A DNA stretch of 64,000 nucleotides from a virus. The notes under the pieces were generated by a model that saw only the letters and a program-made list of their open reading frames with translations, did no database searches and was not told the origin of the DNA. Positions 17,137-25,091 of this stretch are shown in pieces. Positions within the stretch are counted from its first letter, which is position 1. Every line of letters begins with the position of its first letter. The stretch spans positions 21,925 through 85,924 of IMG/VR virus record IMGVR_UViG_3300037116_000081; one strand, 5' to 3'. A program made the position numbers and the translations under genes.

Positions 17137-17292
17137 TCAGCAATCGCCGAAATTAACAGTCCAGAGCGCTACAATCTTCTGCCAAAACGATCCATGGCCG
17201 GTCATCTGTATTTCACAGGTCCCGTACTTATAAGTAGTCGCCAGCAATGGCAGACCGCAGATCAGCACACCACATGCGAGAATGCGTTTCAT
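17137..17292 (-). CDS. 51-aa secreted peptide (MKRILACGVLICGLPLLA-TTYKYGTC...GDC); paralog at ~30046-30201
   Basis: AAGGAGG SD; signal peptide; translated by hand. Confidence 0.65.
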   Translation of the reverse strand: MKRILACGVLICGLPLLATTYKYGTCEIQMTGHGSFWQKIVALWTVNFGDC

Positions 17293-17317
17293 TTGCCTCC
17301 TTTCTCCCCATTTTCTT

Positions 17318-17351
17318 CGTCTCGCGCTGAACTGGGATTTTAGCGCGTTGA
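17318..17351 (-). repeat. right-end hairpin C4 (CGCGCTGAA-CTGGGAT-TTTAGCGCG)
   Basis: Variant of C1. Confidence 0.85.
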
Positions 17352-17355
17352 GCTT

Positions 17356-17637
17356 TCAGTCCGTGTGGCATCGAAAATACCAGCCACCGTTTTGAGACTT
17401 GGTCCTCGGGATATCCGGGTCTTTTCCGAAGCGCGGTTTTGCGCAACGCGCCTGTTCAAGCCAATCTCCCCGATCCGTCGCCGCAATAATCACCACCGGC
17501 TGAGATAATGGCATTTCCGCAAACACGATCAAACAAGCGCCTACCTGCGGAATGATAGACCGCTCATGGAAGCCTACGACAAGGTACCCGCGTTCCTGAA
17601 TCAGGAAGCTTGCAACTTCATCACCTTTGGTCATGAT
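17356..17637 (-). CDS. hypothetical cassette cargo protein
   Basis: Fills the space between L9 and C4; SD derives from the hairpin flank. Confidence 0.6.
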   Translation of the reverse strand: MMTKGDEVASFLIQERGYLVVGFHERSIIPQVGACLIVFAEMPLSQPVVIIAATDRGDWLEQARCAKPRFGKDPDIPRTKSQNGGWYFRCHTD

Positions 17638-17639
17638 GC

Positions 17640-18047
17640 TCAACCTCCCAACGTCCTGCTACTCCAGTGCAGGACGAAACGAATACCATTCCTCATAAGA
17701 ATAGCGGCTATAATCACCACTCCGAACCACAACATGGACGGCTCCGGAGTAATCGTTGGCGGTGGCACGTACGGCGGCGGCACAATTGTCTGTCCTGGAG
17801 GAATCACAGGAGGCCCCGGAGGGATGACCACGGCCACATACGCAGGCGGCTCCCACGTCTCCGCTTTCGGCGCGCACCATTGGATTGCAGGGTTCAGGAC
17901 CGAATTCTCACAGATAATTTTATCCGTCCCATAACCCGGAAAGTAGACTACCGTTGTCCAGGCGTCCTGTTGCAAGGTGATCACGAGATCGCCGTAGGTA
18001 AACGGTGTCGTACCGTTCCCCATTGGCTGCTGAAGATTGACACTCAT
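17640..18047 (-). CDS. PEP-CTERM-like protein, Pro-rich; C-terminus fused to hairpin L9; paralog of 29598-29957
   Basis: TPEPS followed by a TM helix; ends IRFVLHWSSRTLGG. Confidence 0.7.
   Translation of the reverse strand: MSVNLQQPMGNGTTPFTYGDLVITLQQDAWTTVVYFPGYGTDKIICENSVLNPAIQWCAPKAETWEPPAYVAVVIPPGPPVIPPGQTIVPPPYVPPPTITPEPSMLWFGVVIIAAILMRNGIRFVLHWSSRTLGG
17643..17684 (-). repeat. left-end hairpin L9 (plus: CCTCCCAA-CGTCCTGC-TACTCCAGT-GCAGGACG-AAACG)
   Basis: 8-bp stem. Confidence 0.9.
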
Positions 18048-18523
18048 TAGCATTCCTCCGTCTCGCGCTGAACTGGGGTTTCAGCGCGGGGAACCTCCGA
18101 CCAATCCCAGAGACTTAGCGCGCCTTTTGCAGGAATCGGAGTTTCGAACGCGCGCACATTTTTAAGTATCCAACCAAACCGATTCGGAGAATAGTCTCCG
18201 AATGCACGCTCTCTTTCCGTGTCCAGTTCAGGGTAATCGTCAAACACTCCCGAGAGGCAGCCGCGCGCCTCTGTCGGAAGAATGTCAATGAGTTCGCATG
18301 TTGCGATAATCTTCCCAATAGGAAGTTGTAACGCGGACACCACGGAAAGGGAAGAACGGAATGGCTCAATTAGAACGTAATCGCGGCAATCGGGCGGGAA
18401 GCCCTTCGCGGCGTGTATCGCAAGCGGCCCACGGTACGCGGTGCTCCAGGAGCGTGTCTCGATTCTCTTCGCCCCGAGTGCTACAAGCGTAGCCCATGGC
18501 TGAGTGAGAGTCAGGGCTTTCAT
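18047..18523 (-). CDS. ASCH-domain protein (cassette cargo)
   Basis: MKALTLTQPWATLV..GAKRIETRSW.T.YRGPLAIHA...KGALSLW; ends RAETPVQRETEEC. Confidence 0.9.
   Translation of the reverse strand: MKALTLTQPWATLVALGAKRIETRSWSTAYRGPLAIHAAKGFPPDCRDYVLIEPFRSSLSVVSALQLPIGKIIATCELIDILPTEARGCLSGVFDDYPELDTERERAFGDYSPNRFGWILKNVRAFETPIPAKGALSLWDWSEVPRAETPVQRETEEC
18059..18088 (-). repeat. right-end hairpin C5
   Basis: CGCGCTGAA-CTGGGGT-TTCAGCGCG. Confidence 0.9.
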
Positions 18524-18529
18524 GCGAGA

Positions 18530-18570
18530 CCTCCCAACGTGCTGCTACTCCAGTGCAGCACGAAACGAAT
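18530..18570 (-). repeat. left-end hairpin L10 inside mini-ORF 18520-18582 MRSSIRFVLHWSSSTLGGLA
   Basis: CGTGCTGC-TACTCCAGT-GCAGCACG-AAACG. Confidence 0.9.
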
Positions 18571-18571
18571 A

Positions 18572-18697
18572 CTACTCCTCATTCTTTGGCCATTTCGCAC
18601 GGTCAGTCTTAGGGTACTTTGCGTTCGACGTAAACACTTCGTACGCAGCCATCCCGAGCAGGCATACGATGAGGAGAAAGCATCCAAGTGCAATCAT
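18572..18697 (-). CDS. 41-aa membrane peptide; paralog of 30244-30444 lacking the Zn finger
   Basis: MIALGCFLLIVCL.GMAAYEV shared with the paralog. Confidence 0.6.
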   Translation of the reverse strand: MIALGCFLLIVCLLGMAAYEVFTSNAKYPKTDRAKWPKNEE

Positions 18698-19134
18698 GCG
18701 GCCCTCCGTTGAATCAACTGATCTCTAAGGTATTCCCCGCAGACACGGAAAGCTCTGAGAATCGCATTCTTGGCCCCATAGGCAACCGGATCTAGCAAGA
18801 ATTCTTGCCCTCTGTAAAGCGCATGCCAGTAACGCAAGCCTGCTTCTTCCTCACGTGGGACGATTACCAGCCGCGGCTTCTCTCTCAACTCCCGTAAAAT
18901 CTCCTGCACATCCAATTCGTAAGTCTGAATGAATCGCGGCCATCCGATCCGGTGTTGCTCTTCGTGATGCGCGGAGCACAGCGGCAACGTGTCCAGGTCA
19001 GAGCGCTTCTGTCCCATCCCGCGTGATCCCGGAGCGTGCGCCGCTTGGACTCCCCGCGTGCGGCCGCAACCTGGCACAGCGCAAGGAAGCGTGCGGATGA
19101 AGGCGAGATGTTCGGGAGAGCGTGTGGGAGTCAT
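18694..19134 (-). CDS. DUF968/HNH-like nuclease-fold protein
   Basis: RSPEHLAFIRTLPC..C....QAAH....GMGQK.SD..TLPLC..HH.EQH. Confidence 0.8.
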   Translation of the reverse strand: MTPTRSPEHLAFIRTLPCAVPGCGRTRGVQAAHAPGSRGMGQKRSDLDTLPLCSAHHEEQHRIGWPRFIQTYELDVQEILRELREKPRLVIVPREEEAGLRYWHALYRGQEFLLDPVAYGAKNAILRAFRVCGEYLRDQLIQRRAA

Positions 19135-19138
19135 GTGT

Positions 19139-19444
19139 CTACAAGAACCTCTGCGCTACCCAACCGACTCCCAGGATCATCAGCAGTCCACAAATTTCAT
19201 AGATTTCCCTAAAGTGAAAGGGATATTCTCTTTCGGGTTTGGGCTTCTTGAAATTACGCCGCCTGAACATCGCGACAAGGCAGGACACGCCAATACTTCT
19301 TGCTACACCCAACGGTCTGACGTCGGTATAGGAAACGATAAACCACAGCCAAAAAAAGCTGGTTACGTATCCGGCCAAAACAATACTGATAGGCACCAGC
19401 AATATCCCGACGCAGCCCCAAGCCGAATCTTTTGTTTCGCCCAT
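19139..19444 (-). CDS. multi-TM membrane protein
   Basis: Three hydrophobic segments. Confidence 0.55.
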   Translation of the reverse strand: MGETKDSAWGCVGILLVPISIVLAGYVTSFFWLWFIVSYTDVRPLGVARSIGVSCLVAMFRRRNFKKPKPEREYPFHFREIYEICGLLMILGVGWVAQRFL

Positions 19445-19498
19445 GCGTTAATCTTGCCTCAGCGCGCGCACGCCGTCAAGATCCGGAAGTACTAGGAC

Positions 19499-19699
19499 TC
19501 ACACGCCAGCATCATCTTCCGTTTCGCGCTGAACTGGGGTTTCAGCGCGTTGAAAGTTCGCAACAAAGAATTGGCGCGAATAAAATCCCACGTCGCCTGA
19601 GTCGAACTTCACCGCGACGTAATTGCATCCCAGATTCACCTTGGTGATTTCACCAACGCTCCGTCTCGTAACTTTGTCACCCACTTTGAAATCTTCCAT
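19499..19699 (-). CDS. small SH3/KOW-like protein ending across hairpin C6
   Basis: FKVGDKV...GEITKV....VAVKFD; RAETPVQRETE. Confidence 0.65.
   Translation of the reverse strand: MEDFKVGDKVTRRSVGEITKVNLGCNYVAVKFDSGDVGFYSRQFFVANFQRAETPVQRETEDDAGV
19520..19553 (-). repeat. right-end hairpin C6
   Basis: CGTTT-CGCGCTGAA-CTGGGGT-TTCAGCGCG-TTGA. Confidence 0.9.
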
Positions 19700-19700
19700 T

Positions 19701-19904
19701 TCACCAACCGTAGCGCTGAGCGTGCTCCATCATCCGTGGCCACCAACTGCCCGGCTGTTGGCTGGGTCCGTCGTAGCCGATCATCCAGTATTCCCGCGCG
19801 CCTTCGAGAATTCGCCTTGCTCCCCCGCTACCTCCCGGCATGTACCAACCTTCACGCATCGCGAGCGCTCGGTCCTTTCGTGGCAGGCTTACGATCTGCT
19901 TCAC
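19701..19904 (-). CDS. hypothetical protein, duplicated at 63687-63890
   Basis: Near-identical 67-aa copies. Confidence 0.7.
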   Translation of the reverse strand: MKQIVSLPRKDRALAMREGWYMPGGSGGARRILEGAREYWMIGYDGPSQQPGSWWPRMMEHAQRYGW

Positions 19905-20014
19905 TACTTTCCTTTGGCGAATGATTCACGGCAGTCCACTTGGCCGCCGTTTAAGATTGGAATTCCACCCTTGGCTATGCACGCATCGACTATCTTGGTC
20001 TGGATTTCCAGCAT
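19701..20014. repeat. direct repeat, copy 1 (copy 2 at 63687-64000)
   Basis: Aligned by eye: scattered mismatches on the left, identical over the last ~125 bp. Confidence 0.95.
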
Positions 20015-20211
20015 TCGTTTGTTTGATTCCATGCCGAATTGCAGGTCACGTGCGCTCTGTGCAGCCTTCGTCACTTCTTCGCTAGACGCGCAACTCTTGG
20101 TCAGTTGATCCCGAAGTGGCTGGTTCAAAATCGCACCGGCCATCCAGCCGCCAATCATCGCCCCGAGAATCCCTAGCAGCAAACTGCAAAGCAGGGTGGT
20201 TCGCAAGTTCA
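19904..20211 (-). CDS. N-terminal TM plus coiled-coil protein
   Basis: MNLRTTLLCSLLLGILG...; could be a spanin-like lysis factor. Confidence 0.55.
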
Positions 20212-20228
20212 TGTTAGGCTCACTTTCA

Positions 20229-20711
20229 TCATTCCAATCTAAAAACCGTTCCGTCAAACCAGATCGGATATTCCTGCCCTGGAACCAACGAACTCGCCGT
20301 CGGATCGTTCTTGCCCGTCTTGTCTTTGATGTTCACCGGCCCTACATTGTCGATGTTCAGTGAGCATACGCCCGTCGCGTTCGTCACGTCGGGCACCAGC
20401 CGCAAATGCATTCCTTTGGTGTACACCGTCAGAACTTGGCAACCGGCCGCACCGAAAGAGTACGTGTACGCTGGAGTCTTGTTGCTCGAAAACACCGCAT
20501 CACAGACGCCGGATTGCGCCGTGGCCTTCGTCAGAAGCGTTGCGGTGTTGGCATCAACGAACCAGCCTTTACCTGGCGTGAAATACTGAACAAGATTCTT
20601 GCCCATCTGAAGGCCTTGCATGGGATTGATTGCCGTCGAGGCGAGCGCGGCCGCAACGCAGAAGCCGACCGCGGCGCCGCAGAGGAACCCGCGGCTCAGT
20701 GACGATACCAT
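20229..20711 (-). CDS. signal-peptide-bearing tail-fibre-like domain protein
   Basis: YTKGMHLRLVP...N.TG..SLNIDNVG...IK...YPIWFDGTVF motif. Confidence 0.6.
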   Translation of the reverse strand: MVSSLSRGFLCGAAVGFCVAAALASTAINPMQGLQMGKNLVQYFTPGKGWFVDANTATLLTKATAQSGVCDAVFSSNKTPAYTYSFGAAGCQVLTVYTKGMHLRLVPDVTNATGVCSLNIDNVGPVNIKDKTGKNDPTASSLVPGQEYPIWFDGTVFRLE

Positions 20712-21310
20712 GCGACAAGTCCATCCGGAGTCGGAGTCGACTGGGGAATCGCACCGGCCAAGAACGTTATCGTGCTTCCCACCAGCGTGTAATCGATGCC
20801 CGCAGTTTGAAGTAGTCCGTTCCTGTGCAGCAAAAGGCTCCCGGCCGGCGAAGGCGCCGCGGCAAGCGTAAAGGTGGCGTTAACTCCGTTGACTGTTCCG
20901 CCTGGTACTTCACCATCCGAGTAGTTGACGCCGCTTCCTGCCGGTCCCTGTGGCCCAGCGGGTCCCGTTGCACCGATCGCTCCGGCCGGTCCAATTGCTC
21001 CAGCGGGTCCCACTGATCCGTTTACCCCAGCAGTTCCGGTTGCTCCTTGCGGTCCAGCCGGTCCAGCGATCGAGCATCCGGGAGCTAAAGCGTTGAATCC
21101 GATCTTGCCATGAGTTCCCGAAACAGTCGGGTAAGCCACAGTGATACAGGGTGAGCTGATGTCCAGCTCAACAATCGTGGCTGTTGGGGTAACCGCTAAA
21201 ATGGAGCCCGTCGCGATCGCTACCGATGCTTTGGTTTGCTGTTCGAGGCTCGGCTTCGTTTGAGCCCCGAGAGTTGCGAGAGCCGCGAAAAACAGGAGTA
21301 AGATGCGCAT
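20696..21310 (-). CDS. secreted collagen-like protein
   Basis: Signal peptide [16 protein letters not shown]; about 14 Gly-X-Y triplets; C-terminal NGLLQ..GIDYT domain. Confidence 0.8.
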   Translation of the reverse strand: MRILLLFFAALATLGAQTKPSLEQQTKASVAIATGSILAVTPTATIVELDISSPCITVAYPTVSGTHGKIGFNALAPGCSIAGPAGPQGATGTAGVNGSVGPAGAIGPAGAIGATGPAGPQGPAGSGVNYSDGEVPGGTVNGVNATFTLAAAPSPAGSLLLHRNGLLQTAGIDYTLVGSTITFLAGAIPQSTPTPDGLVAWYRH

Positions 21311-21325
21311 GGGAAAAGTGTACTC

Positions 21326-21727
21326 CTATGCCGAGATTGGCGCAACCGAAGCGATGAGCGCCACCTCGAGGCCTCGCCTTGACACCAGGCCAGGAAGAAC
21401 ATTGCCGTGCCGATCGTGGACAAAATTCAGCAGCTCGGATTGCCCAAGCAAAACCTGTTCCAAGGTGTGATATCCGCAGTTATAGCCAAACGAGACGTAC
21501 GCCGCCGCCGCTATCATGGGTTCGGCTTCGACCAGCTTCAGCAGCGGAGCCGCGTCAGTTTGCAGCAACGAGCTGGCTGTGTCCATGGTGATCGAGTATT
21601 CCTCAACTACCTCCGGTCCGGTGTGACCGAAGCCTACAGTCCAAACTCCGCCTGTGTCCTGATAGGCGGTCAAGCGCACGCCTTCAAAGACCCGAATCAA
21701 AGCTGCTGCCAGCATCGCTACGTTCAT
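21326..21727 (-). CDS. GH24 (T4-like/RrrD) lysozyme
   Basis: FEGVRLTAYQDTGGVWTVGFGHT, SFGYNCG and LPGLVSRR motifs. Confidence 0.92.
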   Translation of the reverse strand: MNVAMLAAALIRVFEGVRLTAYQDTGGVWTVGFGHTGPEVVEEYSITMDTASSLLQTDAAPLLKLVEAEPMIAAAAYVSFGYNCGYHTLEQVLLGQSELLNFVHDRHGNVLPGLVSRRGLEVALIASVAPISA

Positions 21728-22107
21728 GGGTTTCTCCTCAGTCCGTGCTCACTTCGTAGAAATGGTCGTAATGATACAACGGGGCTTCTGCCGCGAAAAC
21801 ATCATCTGGATGAGCCTCCAGGTAGTCCCTAAGCGTCACTTCGCGTATGATTAACAGCGGCTGCGGCGTTACTTCTCGCCCACCAAGACCGAGCCTGAAA
21901 TGCTGAATCTCGACGGGAGGATGCCACACCTCGCCGACAGGTAAAGCACAATCGCAGTGAATTATCACAAGCCAACTCCTCAATCGCTGTAATCGAACGG
22001 CCAGCCTTTGAACCGGGAATCCTTGCGCCGCCCCGCGCTCTGGCAAGTTCCAAAGAAAACAACCAACGCGATCACTATGACCGCTATTCCAAACATCGCT
22101 GCGTAAT

Positions 22108-22326
22108 TCATCGTCTTGCCCTTTCCATTTCGTCTTCCGTGAGTGATTCTAGCTGTTTTTTCGCGCAGCCCTCGACACCTGGGCATTCGTCCATGTCATC
22201 GTAGAGCCTGCCACCTTGGTGTCCACAGACGCCACACTCTGGCCCGTAAAACAACCGCGCCTGCTCAACTGTCCGATAAACGACGCGTTCCCGACCCATC
22301 GCGTCTCGCTCTCTGTAGGCTTCCAT
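22108..22326 (-). CDS. small Cys-rich protein sharing the CG.CG..G...Y....CPGV.GCAK domain with 9963-10637
   Basis: Motif shared between the two ORFs. Confidence 0.6.
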   Translation of the reverse strand: MEAYRERDAMGRERVVYRTVEQARLFYGPECGVCGHQGGRLYDDMDECPGVEGCAKKQLESLTEDEMERARR

Positions 22327-22620
22327 GGTTTGATAGTACGCCCTGGTTTTGAAGCTGGGAATGGTACTGAAGGTTCAATTCGTCTAAGGTGAATCGCTGT
22401 AAGGTTGTGCCGGGGGTCTTCCTCTGTCCCCGGCGCCGGTGCAAACCCTGCTTCTGCTCCGTAGCGGTTTCAAGCTTTCCAGGGCGGAAATGTGCTGGGT
22501 TTATCCGGCCCGCCCAGCGTCGGGGTTAGCCGAGCCTTTCAGCTCAACCGGAAATGGTGTGGGCCACAACCTTGACCGACAATGCTGGTTGAAGGGTGTG
22601 GCCCCGTCCGGACTATATCG

Positions 22621-23097
22621 TTAAAGCCCTGTCGGATTCGTCTTTGGCTTCGCAGCAAGCTTAGCCGCCGCAACCTGAGCCGCTGTGCCGGTAGCGGTTG
22701 TGGTCGAACTGGTTACCGCCGTAGCGACTCCGAACAGATCACCGATCGCCGTCGCCGCTGTGCTGGAAGGTGTGACGGTATCGTTTAACGTCTCGGCTGT
22801 CGATCCATCGGCATTGAGCACCGTGGCCGTACAGGGAATTGCGACGTTCGGCTGTGCGGGAGCGTTCGGCGTGGAAACGACAAGGCTCATTATCGTGGGG
22901 GTACCGGCCGGAACCGCAGGAGTCGCATCCGCTGCACGAACCGCTATTGGTGAAGGATCGGGCGTTAGTATGACGCTGGCCGGATCCGCCGACACCAGGC
23001 TAATGGTTTGACCAGGGCCAAGCAATGCGCCAAGAAACGGAGCAGTGCCGAAAATGTATTCGTTTGATGTATCCCCTATGGGAAGAATGAGAGGCAT
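22621..23097 (-). CDS. Ig-like Pro/Thr-rich protein; paralog of 12464-12910
   Basis: AAGGAG SD; paralogy. Confidence 0.75.
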   Translation of the reverse strand: MPLILPIGDTSNEYIFGTAPFLGALLGPGQTISLVSADPASVILTPDPSPIAVRAADATPAVPAGTPTIMSLVVSTPNAPAQPNVAIPCTATVLNADGSTAETLNDTVTPSSTAATAIGDLFGVATAVTSSTTTATGTAAQVAAAKLAAKPKTNPTGL

Positions 23098-23249
23098 GTT
23101 AATTTTCTCCTTTTGGTTTCGAAAACAAATCGCCGATCTCGGTCGCTGGTGCGGGTTCTTCCGGGGTCAGCAGGTGAATCAATCGACGCAACTCCTTGAG
23201 GATTTCCTTCTCGGTGTGAAGAATCTCCCCAAGGTCGTCGGGCCACATT

Positions 23250-23465
23250 CTAAGCCGTGGGTGTTACGGGCTTCACTGTGGCGTTCTTTGCCGCCACCGC
23301 TGCCGAAAGTCCTTGAACGGCCGTTATGGCCGTGGCATCGCCTGCGTCCGCACCGGCGAGCGTAGCCATAATCGTGGTGCTGTTGTTCGGATGCAACAGG
23401 TTAACAATCAAGCTCACGAAACTCGGCGCTTCGCTGATAAGAGTCGTAATCAGAGCTGCTGCCAT
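23250..23465 (-). CDS. small amphipathic membrane protein
   Basis: Paralog of 13039-13257. Confidence 0.65.
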   Translation of the reverse strand: MAAALITTLISEAPSFVSLIVNLLHPNNSTTIMATLAGADAGDATAITAVQGLSAAVAAKNATVKPVTPTA

Positions 23466-23466
23466 G

Positions 23467-23959
23467 TTAGCCTACCTTTGCTTGGATGATTTGCAGTGTC
23501 ACAACCAGGCTAGTTAGCGCCGTCGTTATCGTTACCTTGGCGGTCGCGTTCTTGATATTGAAAACGTCCCCTGAGGCGATCGAGCCCTGAATCTCTTGGA
23601 TGATTGGGGTGATAACCGCCGCTATCGAGGCGTTCCCGGTAGTCGCCAATGTGCTGATGGCTCGGGTTGCCACCACCGCGCGCGCATTGGCGTCGATAAT
23701 ATCCGTCAGGATCTTCGCCACTGCCGCACCTTCAGCCGGCGACATACTACCCTGGTTCACCAATGCCGTGCTGGTGTTCGCAATCTGGGCTACCACCTGA
23801 GGGATATCGTTCTCAGCGTTCGCGACGATCTGAAGCGGAGTGAGCGCCGGCGCGACGGAGCCGACTTTCGCGCATCCTGCCAGCCCCATGGAAAGCAGCA
23901 ACGGTATCAGAACCAGTGCCGCACGCATTCGAGCAAGTCCAGTGTGTCCGATGGGCATG
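23467..23959 (-). CDS. lipoprotein (LAG-C lipobox)
   Basis: Paralog of 13258-13737. Confidence 0.75.
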
Positions 23960-23960
23960 G

Positions 23961-24308
23961 TTACTCCAGCGCCTCGTTGACCGTCTCGCCGCGGTTCAGA
24001 TCGGCAATGACGCCTGCGGCATCGTAGAAGCTTTTCTTCGCCGCTACCCAGATTTGTAGGTAGACCGGAAGCGCAGTCGGCACTCCGAGGTCCGCAAGAT
24101 TCTGAGTCTTGTCTATCCATGGAACGCTCGACACGTCTTCGGTTGCGTTGACGGGAATCAGAAATGATCCGGTCCCCATGCCTCCGATGTTTTCACAGAC
24201 CAGAACACCAGGCGTGTTGTTCGCCGCCAGTTTTGCGAGAACCCCCGCGGTCTGATCGAGACTGATATTCAGGCTCGCCCGCGGCGCTTGCAGATTTTCA
24301 AAGGGCAT
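23961..24308 (-). CDS. hypothetical protein
   Basis: GAGGAG SD; paralog of 13739-14095. Confidence 0.7.
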   Translation of the reverse strand: MPFENLQAPRASLNISLDQTAGVLAKLAANNTPGVLVCENIGGMGTGSFLIPVNATEDVSSVPWIDKTQNLADLGVPTALPVYLQIWVAAKKSFYDAAGVIADLNRGETVNEALE

Positions 24309-24327
24309 GTATTTCTCCTCACTGGGA

Positions 24328-24358
24328 ACCTTAGCACTTTCGTGCTACTTGCGCAAGT
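24328..24358 (-). promoter_or_regulatory. promoter/operator TTGCGC-17-TAAGGT within palindrome ACTTGCGCAAGT
   Basis: One of eight copies. Confidence 0.75.
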
Positions 24359-24477
24359 ACCAAAATGCCTCACCTATCAGAAACGCCACAAACACCCCAA
24401 CAATCAGTATCGCGATCGCCCTCAATGACCCAACCAGCAGCGTCCGCAATACGTGGCCTTTCACCGTCATCAGGTCT

Positions 24478-24672
24478 TTAAGGGGCCAGCATTTTCGCGA
24501 ACCGAGCCTTGGCCTCGATAAGCCGACGTTCTACTTCTTTGAGTTCGCTCCGCTTCTGGTACGCTTGCCGTTCCAAGTCCTGGATGTAGTTGAACTGCTC
24601 ATGTTCGTCCGCATCGGATACCTTGGCTGGCTTGTCAGTATGTTTCGTGTGGCTCATGTTTTTCCCTTTCAT
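24478..24672 (-). CDS. small coiled-coil protein
   Basis: ATGA-coupled ORF. Confidence 0.5.
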   Translation of the reverse strand: MKGKNMSHTKHTDKPAKVSDADEHEQFNYIQDLERQAYQKRSELKEVERRLIEAKARFAKMLAP

Positions 24673-24923
24673 GTCTTCGGCGCCCCGGTCAGAAATCGTC
24701 TCGCCAGCTCCGCGCCGGCGTTCACCACGATCAAAACTTCCGCGGTGTAATCATGGCCGTTCCAAACGTACGAGAGTTTCAGCAGCCATGGAACCCCGAG
24801 CGTCACGAAAAGTCCGATGATCTGCACCAGGACCATACGCCCGGCCTTCTGGAGATCGAGGCTATTGAGATGGAACTGCCGACTCGAAGTACCTTGGAGT
24901 GCGCCTAGCGGGTTTTCGTTCAC
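24669..24923 (-). CDS. holin-like membrane protein; paralog of 4342-4596
   Basis: Paralogy; TM segments. Confidence 0.65.
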   Translation of the reverse strand: MNENPLGALQGTSSRQFHLNSLDLQKAGRMVLVQIIGLFVTLGVPWLLKLSYVWNGHDYTAEVLIVVNAGAELARRFLTGAPKT

Positions 24924-25091
24924 TTAACCGCGCTCCCAAAAACAGCGAAGCCCAGGATGCCGATCAGGATGAAAATCAGAAGGCCGCCACCGCCCCAGCG
25001 AAACCACGGCTTTGAAGCATCGTAGCTGATCCAGTTGTAAAACAGGATCGCAATCACAAAGAAAACCCAGAACCAAATCGCCAGCGGCATG
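24920..25091 (-). CDS. two-TM small membrane protein
   Basis: MPLAIWFWVFFVIAILF...; AAGGAGG SD. Confidence 0.65.

Noticed and set aside
14192-19553. Hairpin repeats as a CRISPR array
   Set aside because: Spacing is irregular (0.2-1 kb), orientations alternate, the intervals are whole genes and no cas genes are present.
4295-19553. Hairpins as ordinary rho-independent terminators or classical integron attC sites
   Set aside because: They have no 3' U-tracts, lie inside translated ORFs and have conserved loops. They lack the RYYYAAC...GTTRRRY boxes and direct-repeat arrangement of attC, and no IntI is present.
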